Origin: Candidatus Uhrbacteria bacterium GW2011_GWE2_46_68
Lineage (GTDB): Bacteria; Patescibacteriota; Patescibacteriia; UBA9934; GWF2-40-263
DNA length: 64,000 nt
Reading direction: 5' to 3'
NCBI GenBank assembly: GCA_001002765.1
Contig: LCMS01000005.1
Location: 2,562 to 66,561 of the forward strand
Each line of letters opens with the position of its first letter. Positions within the stretch are counted from its first letter, which is position 1. Below the pieces are notes generated by a model that worked only from the letters and a program-made list of their open reading frames with translations, was not told the origin of the DNA and ran no database searches. The position numbers were made by a program, and so were the translations under genes. Below, in pieces: positions 1-10,448 of this stretch.

Positions 1-897
1 AAAACACAAAGAACCCAAGAAAAAAGAAATAGATTTGAAGGAAGCCATCGAATATGCCGAAGCGCATTATCATCTCAAAGAGCAATATGATTCCCAAGTC
101 GAGTTTCTTGAGGACGTGGGGATTTTAGAAAGCGGAGCCATCCCAGGCATAGATGGTAACACCTATCCCATTCCCACTTTGGAACAAATCGCCATGCGTC
201 TGTTTGAACGCCGTGAGACTCTCCACACCAAACACGATCAAGGCTTTACTAAACTCCTCCTTGTTCCCTTTAGGATCACCCATCCTTTGATCTTAATACT
301 GATCATCCTCTCTTTGCATGGGAAGACTATCAAGGAGGAGATATGGGGGATTTCCCAAACCTTGTCTATTATCCACAGTCTTTTGATCTGAAAGAGCATC
401 AAGGAAAGACAAAAATACAGATTCTTAAAGCCAACGAGCGGTTCCCCGGTTGGACTGTTCATCTTCTCCAGCCCTCTGACCCAACAGATTCACATTCTCT
501 AGGTTTTGCTTCTATTCCTCGAAAAGGAGAAGGAACAACCCACGGAAAAAGAATTCCTCGTCCTTCTTTGGAAGTAAATAAAACTCTTAATGAACATCTT
601 TCTACTCTCCAGAAATCCAAAGATGATCCAGACTCTCCTTACTTTCAGGAATTCGGATTAACTCCTGAAGATTGGATTTTGGCTTTTATGATCCATCTTA
701 AGGAAACAGAACAACCCATGGATGATTGGACAAACGGCAGGGAAAGCATGACAGGTCTCATTGGATCTTTTTTTCAATCTGTTGTTTTTGTACCTTGTGC
801 ATCTTGGTATAAAGAGGGTCTTCAGGTGGATTTGCGTATAAATGGTTCTCGTGGCCGGGATAAACGCATTGGTGTGCGATCTTCGGTGATTATTTGA
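1..897 (+). pseudogene. Frameshifted, window-truncated copy of the ~440-aa paralogous family (see 58418..59740). ORFs 35..391 and 343..897 are in different frames and together align to one family member; a ~60-bp deletion after the conserved GFTKLLLVPF segment causes the shift.
   Basis: Translation of 35..391 matches the central family segment (YAEAHYHLKEQYDSQVEFLEDVGILESGAIPGIDGNTYPIPTLEQIAMRLFERRETLHTKHDQGFTKLLLVPF). Translation of 343..897 matches the C-terminal half (NLVYYPQSF, GWTVHLLQPSDP, SPYFQEFGLTPEDWILAFMIHL, RSSVII). Frame switch and stop seen directly in the sequence. Confidence 0.55.
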
Positions 898-1013
898 TTT
901 TTTTATTTTTGGTGAGTTTTTTTCAATAAAATCAACTGTGGCTGATTGACGTTTGCCAAAGGGATATGTTATCTTAGCCGCGCTGATTTTTAATTTTTCC
1001 TTGATTTTTTGGT

Positions 1014-1439
1014 ATGCCAACCGTTCAACAACTTATTCGAAAACCTCGTAAGCGTACAAAGGTGAAGAGCAAATCACCAGCCTTGCAATATTCGATGGAC
1101 ACACTTCATCGCAAGCGTACGATTTTGAAAAAAGGAAGCTCTTTTAAGCGTGGGGTGTGTGTGAAAGTGACCACCATGACACCAAAGAAGCCAAACTCTG
1201 CGATCCGCAAGATTGCTCGTGTACGTTTAAGTAACGGAACCGAGGTGACGGCATATATCCCAGGGGAGGGGCATAATCTTCAAGAACACTCCATCGTGAT
1301 GATTCGCGGTGGGCGTGTAAAGGATTTGCCTGGTGTGCGCTATCACATTGTTCGAGGCGTCTATGATACACAAGGGATTGATGCCCGTCGTCGCAGTCGC
1401 TCTCTTTACGGTTCCAAACGTCCTAAAGTTAAAAAATAA
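1014..1439 (+). CDS. rpsL: 30S ribosomal protein S12
   Basis: 141 aa; [20 protein letters not shown] motifs; carries a ~16-aa insertion ([19 protein letters not shown]) relative to E. coli S12. Confidence 0.95.
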   Translation: MPTVQQLIRKPRKRTKVKSKSPALQYSMDTLHRKRTILKKGSSFKRGVCVKVTTMTPKKPNSAIRKIARVRLSNGTEVTAYIPGEGHNLQEHSIVMIRGGRVKDLPGVRYHIVRGVYDTQGIDARRRSRSLYGSKRPKVKK

Positions 1440-1510
1440 TTTTTTTATAAATTGCTCGGTGGGAAGTACCTCGCACACGCAGGGAAGAAACTCATCGGCA
1501 CCAATACTTT

Positions 1511-1978
1511 ATGCGTGGAAAACAGGCTCCCAAGCGCGTAATCGCGCCAGATCCAAAGTTTGGCAATTTGTTTATTGCCAAATTTATTAATTACATCATG
1601 GTGGATGGAAAGAAATCGATAGCACAGCGCATCGTGTACGATGCCATTGATTTTATCAGCGAACGAACAAAACAGGATGCCATAGAGATCTTTGATCGAG
1701 CCATCAAAAATACCACTCCTTCTTTGGAGGTGAAAAGTCGTCGTGTGGGCGGTGCGAACTATCAAGTTCCTATGCCTGTGCGAGGAGAGCGTCGAGTTAT
1801 GCTTTCTTATCGTTGGCTTATTGCGGCCGCTCGCGCACGAAAAGGGAGGACTATGGCCGATCGATTGGCCAATGAACTTATTGCTGCAGCCAACAATGAA
1901 GGCGAAGCTATCAAAAAGAAGTTAGACGTGCAGCGTATGGCAGAAGCCAATCGTGCTTTTGCTCATTTTGCGCGTTAA
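1511..1978 (+). CDS. rpsG: 30S ribosomal protein S7
   Basis: 155 aa; typical S7 sequence; follows rpsL. Confidence 0.95.
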   Translation: MRGKQAPKRVIAPDPKFGNLFIAKFINYIMVDGKKSIAQRIVYDAIDFISERTKQDAIEIFDRAIKNTTPSLEVKSRRVGGANYQVPMPVRGERRVMLSYRWLIAAARARKGRTMADRLANELIAAANNEGEAIKKKLDVQRMAEANRAFAHFAR

Positions 1979-1987
1979 TCATTTTTT

Positions 1988-4075
1988 ATGTCACGCGAGT
2001 ATTCATTAGAAAAAACGCGCAATTTTGGAATTATTGCGCATATTGATGCGGGAAAAACAACCGTATCCGAACGCGTTCTTTTTTACACGGGGAAGAAACA
2101 TAAGATAGGTGAAGTGCATGAAGGAGAAGCGACCATGGATTGGATGGAGCAGGAGCAGGAACGTGGAATCACTATTACCGCTGCCGCTACGACATGTTTT
2201 TGGAAGGGGCATCGTATGAACTTGATTGATACTCCAGGACACATTGACTTCACAGTGGAAGTGAAACGTTCATTACGCGTGCTTGATGGTGCTGTTGTCA
2301 TTTTTGACGGTGTAGCGGGTGTAGAACCACAATCCGAGACAAACTGGCGCTACGCAGATGATTACCAAGTTCCTCGCATTTGTTTTATCAACAAGTTAGA
2401 CCGCACAGGGGCAGATTTTTTTAAGGATGTGGAATCCATTCATCGTCGTCTGACAAAAAATGCCTATCCCACACAACTTCCCATTGGGACCGAGAGTAAT
2501 TTCGTTGGTATTATTGATCTTATTGCACAGCGCGCGTTTATTTATAAAGACGAACTTGGTCGCGAGATCGAAGAGACTGATATCCCCGAAGAATATCGTG
2601 TGAAAGCAAAAGAATATCGAGATAAATTAATAGAAGCTATAGCGACAGCTGACGAATCTCTCATGGAGAAATATTTGGCCGGAGATGAATTGAGCTTGGA
2701 AGAATTGAAGCGTGGTTTGCGTAAGGCTGTGATTGCTGTGGATATTGTTCCTATCATGTGTGGATCAGCTTTGAAAAATAAAGGAGTACAGATGTTACTT
2801 GATGCAGTTGTAGATTATCTCCCAAATCCTTTAGATGTCCCTCCTCTCAAGTGTTCTGACCCTGAAGATTCTTCCATTTCTTTAGAGCGCAAAGCAGACG
2901 ACAATGAACCTTTTACCGCTTTGGCTTTTAAGATCGCTGCAGATCCTTATGTAGGGAAGCTCGTGTTTTTTCGCATTTATTCCGGGACATTGAAGGCAGG
3001 GTCTTATGTGCTTAATAGCACAACGGGCAATAGGGAGCGTGTTGGACGTATTGTACGTATGCACGCCAATAGCCGTGAGGAGGTCGAGGAAGTCTATGCG
3101 GGAGAAATAGCTGCGGCTGTGGGGTTAAAAGATACATTTACTGGTCATTCATTATGTGACCCTGATCATCCCGTTTTGCTTGAAGCCATTGTGTTTCCTG
3201 AACCAGTTATCTCTATTGCCATTGAACCAAAGACAAAGGCGGATCAAGAAAAAATGGGCGTCGCCTTGCAAAAACTTGCCGAAGAAGATCCTACATTCCG
3301 TGTTCGCACAGACGAGGAGACAAACCAGGTGATTATTTCAGGAATGGGAGAACTTCATTTGGATGTCATTGTCGATCGTATGCGTCGCGAGTTTAATGTG
3401 GAAGCAAATGTTGGTCAGCCACAGGTTTCTTATCGCGAGACGATTCTCGGTTCCGCAGAAGGAGAAGGGAAGTATATCCGTCAGACAGGTGGTCGTGGAC
3501 AATATGGTCATTGTTCTGTGAAGGTAGAAAAATTAGAAACAGGAAAAGGGTTTGAATTTGTTGAGGCTATCAAGGGCGGTGTGATCCCGAGAGAATATTT
3601 CAATCCAATCGAAAAAGGTATTCGTGAAGCAGCAGATCGCGGTGTGCTCGCTGGATATCCCATTTTGGACATAAAAGTAACGTTGATCGATGGAAGTTAT
3701 CACGAGGTGGATTCTTCTGAGGCAGCATTTAAGATTGCGGGTTCCATGGCTTTTCAAGATGCTGCCAAGAAGGCAAAACTCGTTTTGCTCGAGCCCATGA
3801 TGAAGGTGGACGTTGTTACTCCAGAGGATTTTATGGGTACGGTTGTGGGTGATTTAAATGCAAAGCGCGGGCAAATACAAGAGATGACCGATCGATCCGG
3901 CTCTAAAGCGATTGTGGCATTTGTTCCTCTTGCTGAAATGTTCGGATATGCAACACAACTTCGATCCATTACCCAGGGGCGTGCCAGTTATTCCATGGAA
4001 TTTGATCATTATGAACCTGTGCCTTCGAATGTTTCCAAAGCGATTATCGAGGCAAGAGGCGGCAAGAATTCATAG
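1988..4075 (+). CDS. fusA: Elongation factor G
   Basis: 695 aa; [10 protein letters not shown]1 motif, DTPGHIDF; canonical str operon position. Confidence 0.95.
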   Translation: MSREYSLEKTRNFGIIAHIDAGKTTVSERVLFYTGKKHKIGEVHEGEATMDWMEQEQERGITITAAATTCFWKGHRMNLIDTPGHIDFTVEVKRSLRVLDGAVVIFDGVAGVEPQSETNWRYADDYQVPRICFINKLDRTGADFFKDVESIHRRLTKNAYPTQLPIGTESNFVGIIDLIAQRAFIYKDELGREIEETDIPEEYRVKAKEYRDKLIEAIATADESLMEKYLAGDELSLEELKRGLRKAVIAVDIVPIMCGSALKNKGVQMLLDAVVDYLPNPLDVPPLKCSDPEDSSISLERKADDNEPFTALAFKIAADPYVGKLVFFRIYSGTLKAGSYVLNSTTGNRERVGRIVRMHANSREEVEEVYAGEIAAAVGLKDTFTGHSLCDPDHPVLLEAIVFPEPVISIAIEPKTKADQEKMGVALQKLAEEDPTFRVRTDEETNQVIISGMGELHLDVIVDRMRREFNVEANVGQPQVSYRETILGSAEGEGKYIRQTGGRGQYGHCSVKVEKLETGKGFEFVEAIKGGVIPREYFNPIEKGIREAADRGVLAGYPILDIKVTLIDGSYHEVDSSEAAFKIAGSMAFQDAAKKAKLVLLEPMMKVDVVTPEDFMGTVVGDLNAKRGQIQEMTDRSGSKAIVAFVPLAEMFGYATQLRSITQGRASYSMEFDHYEPVPSNVSKAIIEARGGKNS

Positions 4076-4097
4076 AAAAAACTGAGAGGTCGACCTC

Positions 4098-4652
4098 TCA
4101 GTTTTCTTTTTGTGGAACTTGATAAAGATAGATATCTCCTTCTTTTTGTTGTGGAATCCAATCAGGTAGACAGAACCCATTGGATACAATTCGTGCGCTT
4201 GGTTTCGCCTCCTTTAATATCTTTTCTTTTAGAAGTTTCATGGAAAGAGGAAGTTGGTAGAGAAAAATCACATCACAATTTTTTAAATCAGCTTTCCAAA
4301 ATGAACGACAGTAGATGGTAAGGCGGTTTTCTAATTTTTTCTTTTTCGCCATCCATCGCGAAAGGGAGACAAGTCCTCGGTGAATTTCGTATCCTTCCGC
4401 CTTTTTTGCACCAGCTTGAAGTGCGGCAAGAAGGATGCGTCCATCCCCAGATCCAAGATCAATGACATGATCTTGAGGAGTGATATGAGCAATTCTGATC
4501 ATTTGTTCTACGCGTTGCCAGTTAGTGGGAACAAAGGGACCACCTTTCAGAAAGATGGGGATAAGCATGGAAATAAACCACCAAGAAGCAAAAAGGCTAA
4601 GGAGTAGAACAAAAAATAAGAGGAAAATAGCCAGAAAAGAAATGATTTCCAT
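4098..4652 (-). CDS. Class I SAM-dependent methyltransferase with N-terminal transmembrane helix (start uncertain; ORF extends to 4676)
   Basis: VIDLGSGDGRILL glycine-rich SAM motif; hydrophobic N-terminus; lies antisense between fusA and tuf. Confidence 0.55.
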   Translation of the reverse strand: MEIISFLAIFLLFFVLLLSLFASWWFISMLIPIFLKGGPFVPTNWQRVEQMIRIAHITPQDHVIDLGSGDGRILLAALQAGAKKAEGYEIHRGLVSLSRWMAKKKKLENRLTIYCRSFWKADLKNCDVIFLYQLPLSMKLLKEKILKEAKPSARIVSNGFCLPDWIPQQKEGDIYLYQVPQKEN

Positions 4653-4726
4653 AAGAATGTAAAAATAGTATAACAAATTTTTTTATTTCTTGTGTGAAAC
4701 GAATTGTGATTGTGAATGAATTTTCC

Positions 4727-4754
4727 TTGACATAGGGGAATGCTTCGATAAAAT
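4727..4754 (+). promoter_or_regulatory. Putative sigma70-type promoter (TTGACA-16nt-TAAAAT) about 10 nt upstream of the 4764 ATG; the mRNA may be nearly leaderless.
   Basis: Direct sequence inspection of -35 and -10 hexamers and spacing. Confidence 0.3.
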
Positions 4755-4763
4755 GCGACTGTT

Positions 4764-5195
4764 ATGAATAGTTATATGAAAAAAATTTTTGAAATGATCC
4801 GAAAGACAGGAGATCGAGTCATTTTGGTTGATTTTAATAGTGAAGAAGCTTTTGTCTTGATGCCATTTGCCGATTATGAAGGACTTTTACAGGATTTAAA
4901 GATTCCAAAACAAAGCCTTATTTCCAAACAAGTGTTCGAACCAAGACAAGACGAGAAAGGAAGAAACGATATTTGGGAATCTATGAGGGAGGCTGGAAGT
5001 TCGTCAGAAACATGGGATTTATCACAAATGTCTCCTGCTGAGCTTGAGGAACTGGAGCGTCAATACCAAATGTTTTCACAAGCAAAGTCAAAAGATGAGG
5101 AGGACACAAAAAAAACAAAAGAACCCAGTATTTCTAATGAAAAAGATGTAGGAGACGGTGGGGAAGAACAGTTTTATCTTGAACCTATTGAATGA
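4764..5195 (+). CDS. Hypothetical acidic protein (143 aa)
   Basis: Intact ORF between fusA and tuf; charged, E/D/K-rich; no recognisable motif. Confidence 0.45.
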   Translation: MNSYMKKIFEMIRKTGDRVILVDFNSEEAFVLMPFADYEGLLQDLKIPKQSLISKQVFEPRQDEKGRNDIWESMREAGSSSETWDLSQMSPAELEELERQYQMFSQAKSKDEEDTKKTKEPSISNEKDVGDGGEEQFYLEPIE

Positions 5196-5217
5196 AAAAG
5201 GGGTGTGGGCGGAAACC

Positions 5218-5246
5218 TTGCAAGTTTATTGGGCTTTTGTTATACT
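5218..5246 (+). promoter_or_regulatory. Putative promoter for tuf (TTGCAA-17nt-TATACT)
   Basis: Hexamers and spacing read directly from sequence. Confidence 0.3.
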
Positions 5247-5316
5247 TTCCGGCATCAATTCAACAACAATAATTTTTATCTAAAATAAGAGCTAAAGAGG
5301 CTCTTTTGCTAAAAAT

Positions 5317-6510
5317 ATGGCTGAAGTTTTCGCGCGCACCAAACCGCACGTTAACGTGGGCACCATAGGCCACGTTGACCACGGAAAAACCACACTCACC
5401 GCTGCCATTCTTTCCACTTTGAATTCAAAGGGGATGAGTGCTCAGAAAAAGGGTGTTGACGATCTCGACAAAGCTCCAGAGTCAAAAGCACGTGGAATCA
5501 CGATAGCGACGGCTCATTGTGAGTATGAATCAGAAAAGCGCCATTATGCACACGTGGACTGTCCAGGACATGCTGATTACATTAAGAACATGATTACGGG
5601 TGCAGCTCAAATGGATGGTGCTATTTTGGTGGTTTCTGCTGCTGACGGTCCCATGCCTCAAACACGTGAGCACATTTTATTGGCTCACCAAGTAGGAGTT
5701 CCTACTATTGTGGTGTTTTTAAATAAAGTTGATCAAGTGGATGATCCTGAACTTATTGATTTGGTTGAAGAAGAAGTACGAGATTTGCTCAAAAAATATG
5801 AATATGACGGAGATAATACCCCCATCATTCGTGGTTCGGCATTAAAAGCATTGGAAAATCCAACAGATGAAGAGGCAACAAAACCTATCATGGAATTAGT
5901 GAAAAAGTTGGATGAGTATATTCCTGAGCCAAAGCGTGAGATGGACAAACCACTTCTTATGCCTATCGAGGATGTATTTTCCATCGAAGGACGAGGAACT
6001 GTGGTTACTGGTCGAATTGAACGTGGAGTCGTTAAAATTAACGGTGAAGTTGAAATTGTTGGTATTAAAGAGGAATCCCGAAAAACGATTGTTACTGGAA
6101 TTGAGATGTTTAACAAGAGTTTGAGTGAAGGACAAGCAGGGGATAACGCTGGAGTGTTATTGCGCGGCATTCGTAAGGAAGAAGTTGAGCGAGGAATGGT
6201 TTTGGCAGCCCCTGGCTCCATCACTCCTCATACTGAGTTTGAAGCAGAAGTCTACGCTCTTACCAAGGAAGAAGGCGGTCGTCATAAGCCATTTTTTAAA
6301 GGGTATAAGCCACAATTTTATATTCGTACAACAGATGTAACCGGAGAGGTAACTTTGCCAGAAGGTACCGAAATGGTGATGCCCGGTGATAGTGTGAAAC
6401 TCACGATCAAACTCATTCAGCCTGTCGCTTTGGAAGAAAAAATGTCTTTTGCTATTCGCGAAGGTGGTAAAACAGTAGGAGCTGGAGTGGTAACGAAAAT
6501 TATAAAGTAA
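5317..6510 (+). CDS. tuf: Elongation factor Tu
   Basis: 397 aa; [22 protein letters not shown] motifs. Confidence 0.97.
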   Translation: MAEVFARTKPHVNVGTIGHVDHGKTTLTAAILSTLNSKGMSAQKKGVDDLDKAPESKARGITIATAHCEYESEKRHYAHVDCPGHADYIKNMITGAAQMDGAILVVSAADGPMPQTREHILLAHQVGVPTIVVFLNKVDQVDDPELIDLVEEEVRDLLKKYEYDGDNTPIIRGSALKALENPTDEEATKPIMELVKKLDEYIPEPKREMDKPLLMPIEDVFSIEGRGTVVTGRIERGVVKINGEVEIVGIKEESRKTIVTGIEMFNKSLSEGQAGDNAGVLLRGIRKEEVERGMVLAAPGSITPHTEFEAEVYALTKEEGGRHKPFFKGYKPQFYIRTTDVTGEVTLPEGTEMVMPGDSVKLTIKLIQPVALEEKMSFAIREGGKTVGAGVVTKIIK

Positions 6511-6523
6511 GCAATAATAAAAG

Positions 6524-6555
6524 GAGGGGTTTTTAACCCCTCTTTGAGTTCTTTT
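6524..6555 (+). terminator. Stem-loop (GAGGGG-TTTTTAA-CCCCTC) followed by a T-rich tract between tuf and rpsJ; intrinsic terminator or attenuator
   Basis: Inverted repeat plus downstream TTTGAGTTCTTTT seen in sequence. Confidence 0.45.
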
Positions 6556-6562
6556 AAGACGT

Positions 6563-6889
6563 GTGACTACAACGAAAACAGAAGAAAAATTACATATCCG
6601 CATCAAGATCAGAGCACATGATCATAAGATTATCGATCAAGCGACTCAGACGATTTTGAAAACCGTGGAACGCTCTGGTGCAAAGATATTAGGACCAGTT
6701 CCCCTTCCAACGGAAAAGCGAAAATATACGGTGAACCGTTCCACCTTTGTTCATAAAGATTCTCGTGAACAATATGAAATACGAGTTCACAAGAGATTAA
6801 TTGACATTGTTGAACCTACAGAAAAGACAATTGATGCTCTATCAAGTCTTAATTTACCGGCAGGAGTAGACGTTGAAATCAAAACATAA
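6563..6889 (+). CDS. rpsJ: 30S ribosomal protein S10 (GTG start)
   Basis: 108 aa; typical S10 sequence ([14 protein letters not shown]...). Confidence 0.92.
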   Translation: MTTTKTEEKLHIRIKIRAHDHKIIDQATQTILKTVERSGAKILGPVPLPTEKRKYTVNRSTFVHKDSREQYEIRVHKRLIDIVEPTEKTIDALSSLNLPAGVDVEIKT

Positions 6890-6893
6890 TTTT

Positions 6894-6946
6894 TTTTCAC
6901 CACCTATTTTTTCATGAAGAAGAGATGGAAAAATAGGTGGTGAAAA
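6894..6946 (+). promoter_or_regulatory. Perfect 18-bp-stem hairpin (TTTTCACCACCTATTTTT...AAAAATAGGTGGTGAAAA) immediately after rpsJ, at the start of a ~300-nt untranslated spacer that precedes rplC
   Basis: Inverted repeat seen directly; a second hairpin (TTTGCTTT-AAAAACAC-AAAGCAAA, about 7107-7131) with a T-run follows. Confidence 0.5.
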
Positions 6947-7186
6947 ATGGCATTTACGAAACGTGGAAGAAAGATCATGTCTCAAGTTTTTTAAGGAAAA
7001 CCTTCCAAAGATTTCAAAAATGCTGATAGGGAGCGTAAGAATTCTTTACACAAACATTTCCTTCAAAGAAAGAAGAGCAGATAATACTTTGAAGGCTAGA
7101 GGGTTTTGCTTTAAAAACACAAAGCAAATCCTTCTGGTTTTTTCTTTTTGTCAAGCATGTTCCCCAGAGGAACCAATACAAAATAT

Positions 7187-7813
7187 ATGCCTGTTTTTAT
7201 AGGAAAAAAGATAGAAATGACACAACATTTTCAAGAGAATGGTTCGGTTATTCCGGTAACTTTGCTGTCTGCAAAACCAAATGTGGTAACTTTTGTTAAG
7301 AAAAATGAGGCAGAAGATTTTATAGATGTGCAATTAGGCATCGAAGAGACAACTTATTTGAAGAAGCCACAAGCAGGGCATTTAAAAGGTCTTCCTCAGG
7401 TATCCATTTTACGTCAGTTCCGTGTTACTCATTTTGATCAAGAACGTGGAAATATTGTAGAAGCATCACAATTTCAGCCAGGAATGAAAATTGATGTTAT
7501 TGGGATATCAAAGGGGCGTGGTTTTGCTGGAGTTATGAAACGCCATCATTTTGCTGGACAACCAGCAAGTCATGGGCAAAAAGATCAAATGCGCATGCCG
7601 GGGTCTATCGCATCTCAACGCCAAGGACCTGTGGTCAAAGGACAACGTATGGCTGGTCATATGGGAACACAACAAGTCACAGTAAAGAATCTAGAAATTG
7701 TTTTTGTAAATGTAGAGAAGCAAGTCATTGCTGTGAAAGGAGCTGTTCCAGGCGCACGGGGAAGTGTTGTCGTTCTTAAAACACGAGAAGGGAAAAATGT
7801 ATGGCAAAAGTAA
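7187..7813 (+). CDS. rplC: 50S ribosomal protein L3 (ATG at 7187 preferred over the TTG at 7148)
   Basis: MPVFIGKKIEMTQ matches the conserved L3 N-terminus. Confidence 0.92.
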   Translation: MPVFIGKKIEMTQHFQENGSVIPVTLLSAKPNVVTFVKKNEAEDFIDVQLGIEETTYLKKPQAGHLKGLPQVSILRQFRVTHFDQERGNIVEASQFQPGMKIDVIGISKGRGFAGVMKRHHFAGQPASHGQKDQMRMPGSIASQRQGPVVKGQRMAGHMGTQQVTVKNLEIVFVNVEKQVIAVKGAVPGARGSVVVLKTREGKNVWQK

Positions 7814-8430
7814 CCGTTTTTCATCTCAACAGTGATCAAAAAAGTTCCGTCGAATTGGATAAGAATTTTTTTGATGTCAAAATAAACAAAGCTTTAATTC
7901 ATGAAGCAGTTGTTTACCAACAAGCAAAAAATCGTGTAGCGATTGCTCATACGAAAGACCGTGGAGAAGTGGCGGGAAGCGGTAAGAAACCGTGGAATCA
8001 GAAGGGAACAGGCCGTGCAAGGCACGGTTCACGACGCTCACCAATTTGGGTGGGTGGAGGAATTACGTTTGGCCCAACGAATGAAAGAAATTTTGCTGTT
8101 CGTATGAATAAAGCTTCTCGACGACAAGCATTAGGGATGGTTTTGACAGATAAAGTTTCTCAAAATCTTTTCATTATTATTGATTCATTTGAACACATGG
8201 GATCAAAGACAAAAGATGCAGTAAAGACATTGGAACAATTACCTTGTTTTGGAAAAAAGACGCTGGTTGTTTTAGATTCATCACAGGCAGCAATTGCTAA
8301 AACCATGCGAAATTTACCCTTGATTAAAACCATTCCTGTTCAGGCAATAAATATTGTAGATCTTTTGTCTAAAGAATTTGTGGTTATGGATACGGCAACC
8401 TTGCAAGCATTTACACATCTGCATAAATAA
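7801..8430 (+). CDS. rplD: 50S ribosomal protein L4
   Basis: 209 aa; typical L4; operon order. Confidence 0.93.
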   Translation: MAKVTVFHLNSDQKSSVELDKNFFDVKINKALIHEAVVYQQAKNRVAIAHTKDRGEVAGSGKKPWNQKGTGRARHGSRRSPIWVGGGITFGPTNERNFAVRMNKASRRQALGMVLTDKVSQNLFIIIDSFEHMGSKTKDAVKTLEQLPCFGKKTLVVLDSSQAAIAKTMRNLPLIKTIPVQAINIVDLLSKEFVVMDTATLQAFTHLHK

Positions 8431-8435
8431 AGGTT

Positions 8436-8840
8436 ATGGGTTTACTCAAACGAACTTTTACAAAAAAGCAAAAAGACGACGAAACAAAAGAAGATGAAAA
8501 AAAGGAAAAAGTTTCTGATGTAGTCGTTGGGAAAAAAGGAAAAAGAGGTTTTAGTATAGAAGCAGGAAACATTATTTTGCGTCCACTTGTCTCTGAAAAA
8601 GCTTCCATTCTTTCCTCTCTTAGTAAATATGTATTTGTAGTCCATGAAAATTCCACTCGTCTACAGGTAAGATCTTCCATCCGGAGCATGTACGGGGTAA
8701 CACCTGTTAGTGTGCGCATTCAAAATCAAAAAGGAAAATCTGTTCATGTTGGACGCCGACAAGGAAATAGGAAAAATTGGAAAAAAGCCATTGTGACTCT
8801 CCCCAAAGGAAAAACTATTAATGTATACGAAGGGGTATAA
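8436..8840 (+). CDS. rplW: 50S ribosomal protein L23 with a ~40-aa Lys/Glu/Asp-rich N-terminal extension
   Basis: The C-terminal ~95 aa align to L23 (LVSEKAS ... WKKAIVTL); an in-frame TTG before RPLVSEKAS would give a canonical-length protein. Confidence 0.85.
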   Translation: MGLLKRTFTKKQKDDETKEDEKKEKVSDVVVGKKGKRGFSIEAGNIILRPLVSEKASILSSLSKYVFVVHENSTRLQVRSSIRSMYGVTPVSVRIQNQKGKSVHVGRRQGNRKNWKKAIVTLPKGKTINVYEGV

Positions 8841-8852
8841 GAATGATGAGAT

Positions 8853-9707
8853 ATGTCAGTAAAACACTATAGACCTACAAGCGCGGGAAGACGCATCTCA
8901 AGTGTAGATACGTTTAGTGATATTACGAATGAAAAACCATTCAAGAAGCTTACGATTACTCGAAAGCAACATGCAGGACGCACAAACAGTGGAAAAATCT
9001 CTGTCCGTCATCAAGGGGGAGGGGCACGACGTCGCTTGCGTCTCGTAGATTTTTTACAAAACAAATACGATATCCCAGGAAAGATAGTGACCGTAGAATA
9101 TGATCCTAATCGTGGAGCAAGAATTGCCCTTCTTCAATTTCTTGATGGGGAAAAACGTTACGTTCTTGCCATAGATGGGATGAAAATTGGTGACATGATT
9201 ATATCTTCTTTGCAAAAAGGTGATGCACGTGTCGGGAATCGTTTTCCTTTGGAGATGATTCCAGTTGGTATGGAGGTTTGTAATGTGGAACTTACTCCAG
9301 GGAAAGGCGGACAGTGTGTACGAGGGGCAGGAGCTTCAGCGCAACTGATGGCGGTAGAAGGTTCATTTGCCGTTATTCGTCTTCCTTCAGGAGAGACACG
9401 TATGGTTCCAAAACAGTGCATGGCAACCATTGGAAAAGTTTCAAATGCAGATCATAGATTGATTCGGTGGGGGAAAGCGGGACGTATGCGCCATCGCGGT
9501 ATTCGTCCTACAGTTCGAGGGAAAGCCATGAATCCAGTCGATCATCCACACGGTGGTGGAGAAGGACGCAACTCAATCGGTTTGAAACATCCAAAGACGC
9601 CTTCTGGTAAACCAGCTTTTGGTGTAAAGACTCGTGGAAAAAAATCAACAGATAGTCGTATTCTGCAACGACGTCGTTCAGGACGCTTCGTTGGAGGAAG
9701 TAAATAA
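8853..9707 (+). CDS. rplB: 50S ribosomal protein L2
   Basis: 284 aa; VDHPHGGGEG motif. Confidence 0.96.
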   Translation: MSVKHYRPTSAGRRISSVDTFSDITNEKPFKKLTITRKQHAGRTNSGKISVRHQGGGARRRLRLVDFLQNKYDIPGKIVTVEYDPNRGARIALLQFLDGEKRYVLAIDGMKIGDMIISSLQKGDARVGNRFPLEMIPVGMEVCNVELTPGKGGQCVRGAGASAQLMAVEGSFAVIRLPSGETRMVPKQCMATIGKVSNADHRLIRWGKAGRMRHRGIRPTVRGKAMNPVDHPHGGGEGRNSIGLKHPKTPSGKPAFGVKTRGKKSTDSRILQRRRSGRFVGGSK

Positions 9708-9716
9708 GATAAAAGT

Positions 9717-10010
9717 ATGGCACGAAGTTTAAAAAAAGGACCTTACGTACACCCCAAGCTTTTAAAAAAGATTGGGAAATTAAAAGTGGGTGACCGAACG
9801 ATCATCAAGACATGGGCAAGAAGCTCCACGATTACACCGGAGATGGTGGGATTTACTTTCGGCGTTCACAATGGAAAGGATTTTATTCAAGTACGTGTGA
9901 TAGAAAATATGGTTGGACACAAGCTAGGCGAGTTTTCTCCTACGCGTAAATTTGTACGTCATGGAGGAAAATTGCAGAAGGAGGCAGAACAACAACCTGC
10001 TACTACGTAA
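9717..10010 (+). CDS. rpsS: 30S ribosomal protein S19
   Basis: 97 aa; [12 protein letters not shown]-terminus. Confidence 0.95.
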   Translation: MARSLKKGPYVHPKLLKKIGKLKVGDRTIIKTWARSSTITPEMVGFTFGVHNGKDFIQVRVIENMVGHKLGEFSPTRKFVRHGGKLQKEAEQQPATT

Positions 10011-10022
10011 ACATGATATCGT

Positions 10023-10406
10023 ATGGAAGTCCAAGCAAAAGCTCGTTATCTACGAACATCCCCAAGAAAGATTCGTTATGTCATCGATGTAATTCGAGGC
10101 ATGCAAGTTGAGAAAGCTCAACAACAGCTTTCTTTTTCCAAAAAACAGGCGGCAGGATTAGTTTTAAAGTTATTAAATTCTGCTATCGCAAACGCAAGAC
10201 ATAATTTTCACATTGAAGATACTACGAGCTTATATATTAAACATATTACAGCAGACGGGGGTCCTATTTTGCATAGGTGGCGGGCACGGGCTTTTGGACG
10301 ATCCGCTCCTATTCGGAAGCGCACAACACACATAACGATTCTTTTAGACACTCGGGATACAGAGACTAAAATTAAAAAAGCATCTACTAAAAAAGTAAAA
10401 GCATAA
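10023..10406 (+). CDS. rplV: 50S ribosomal protein L22
   Basis: 127 aa; MEVQAKARYLRTSPRK. Confidence 0.93.
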   Translation: MEVQAKARYLRTSPRKIRYVIDVIRGMQVEKAQQQLSFSKKQAAGLVLKLLNSAIANARHNFHIEDTTSLYIKHITADGGPILHRWRARAFGRSAPIRKRTTHITILLDTRDTETKIKKASTKKVKA

Positions 10407-10448
10407 AAAGAAAAGTAGTTTTTTGAAGTTTTATTACGACAAGTTTTT

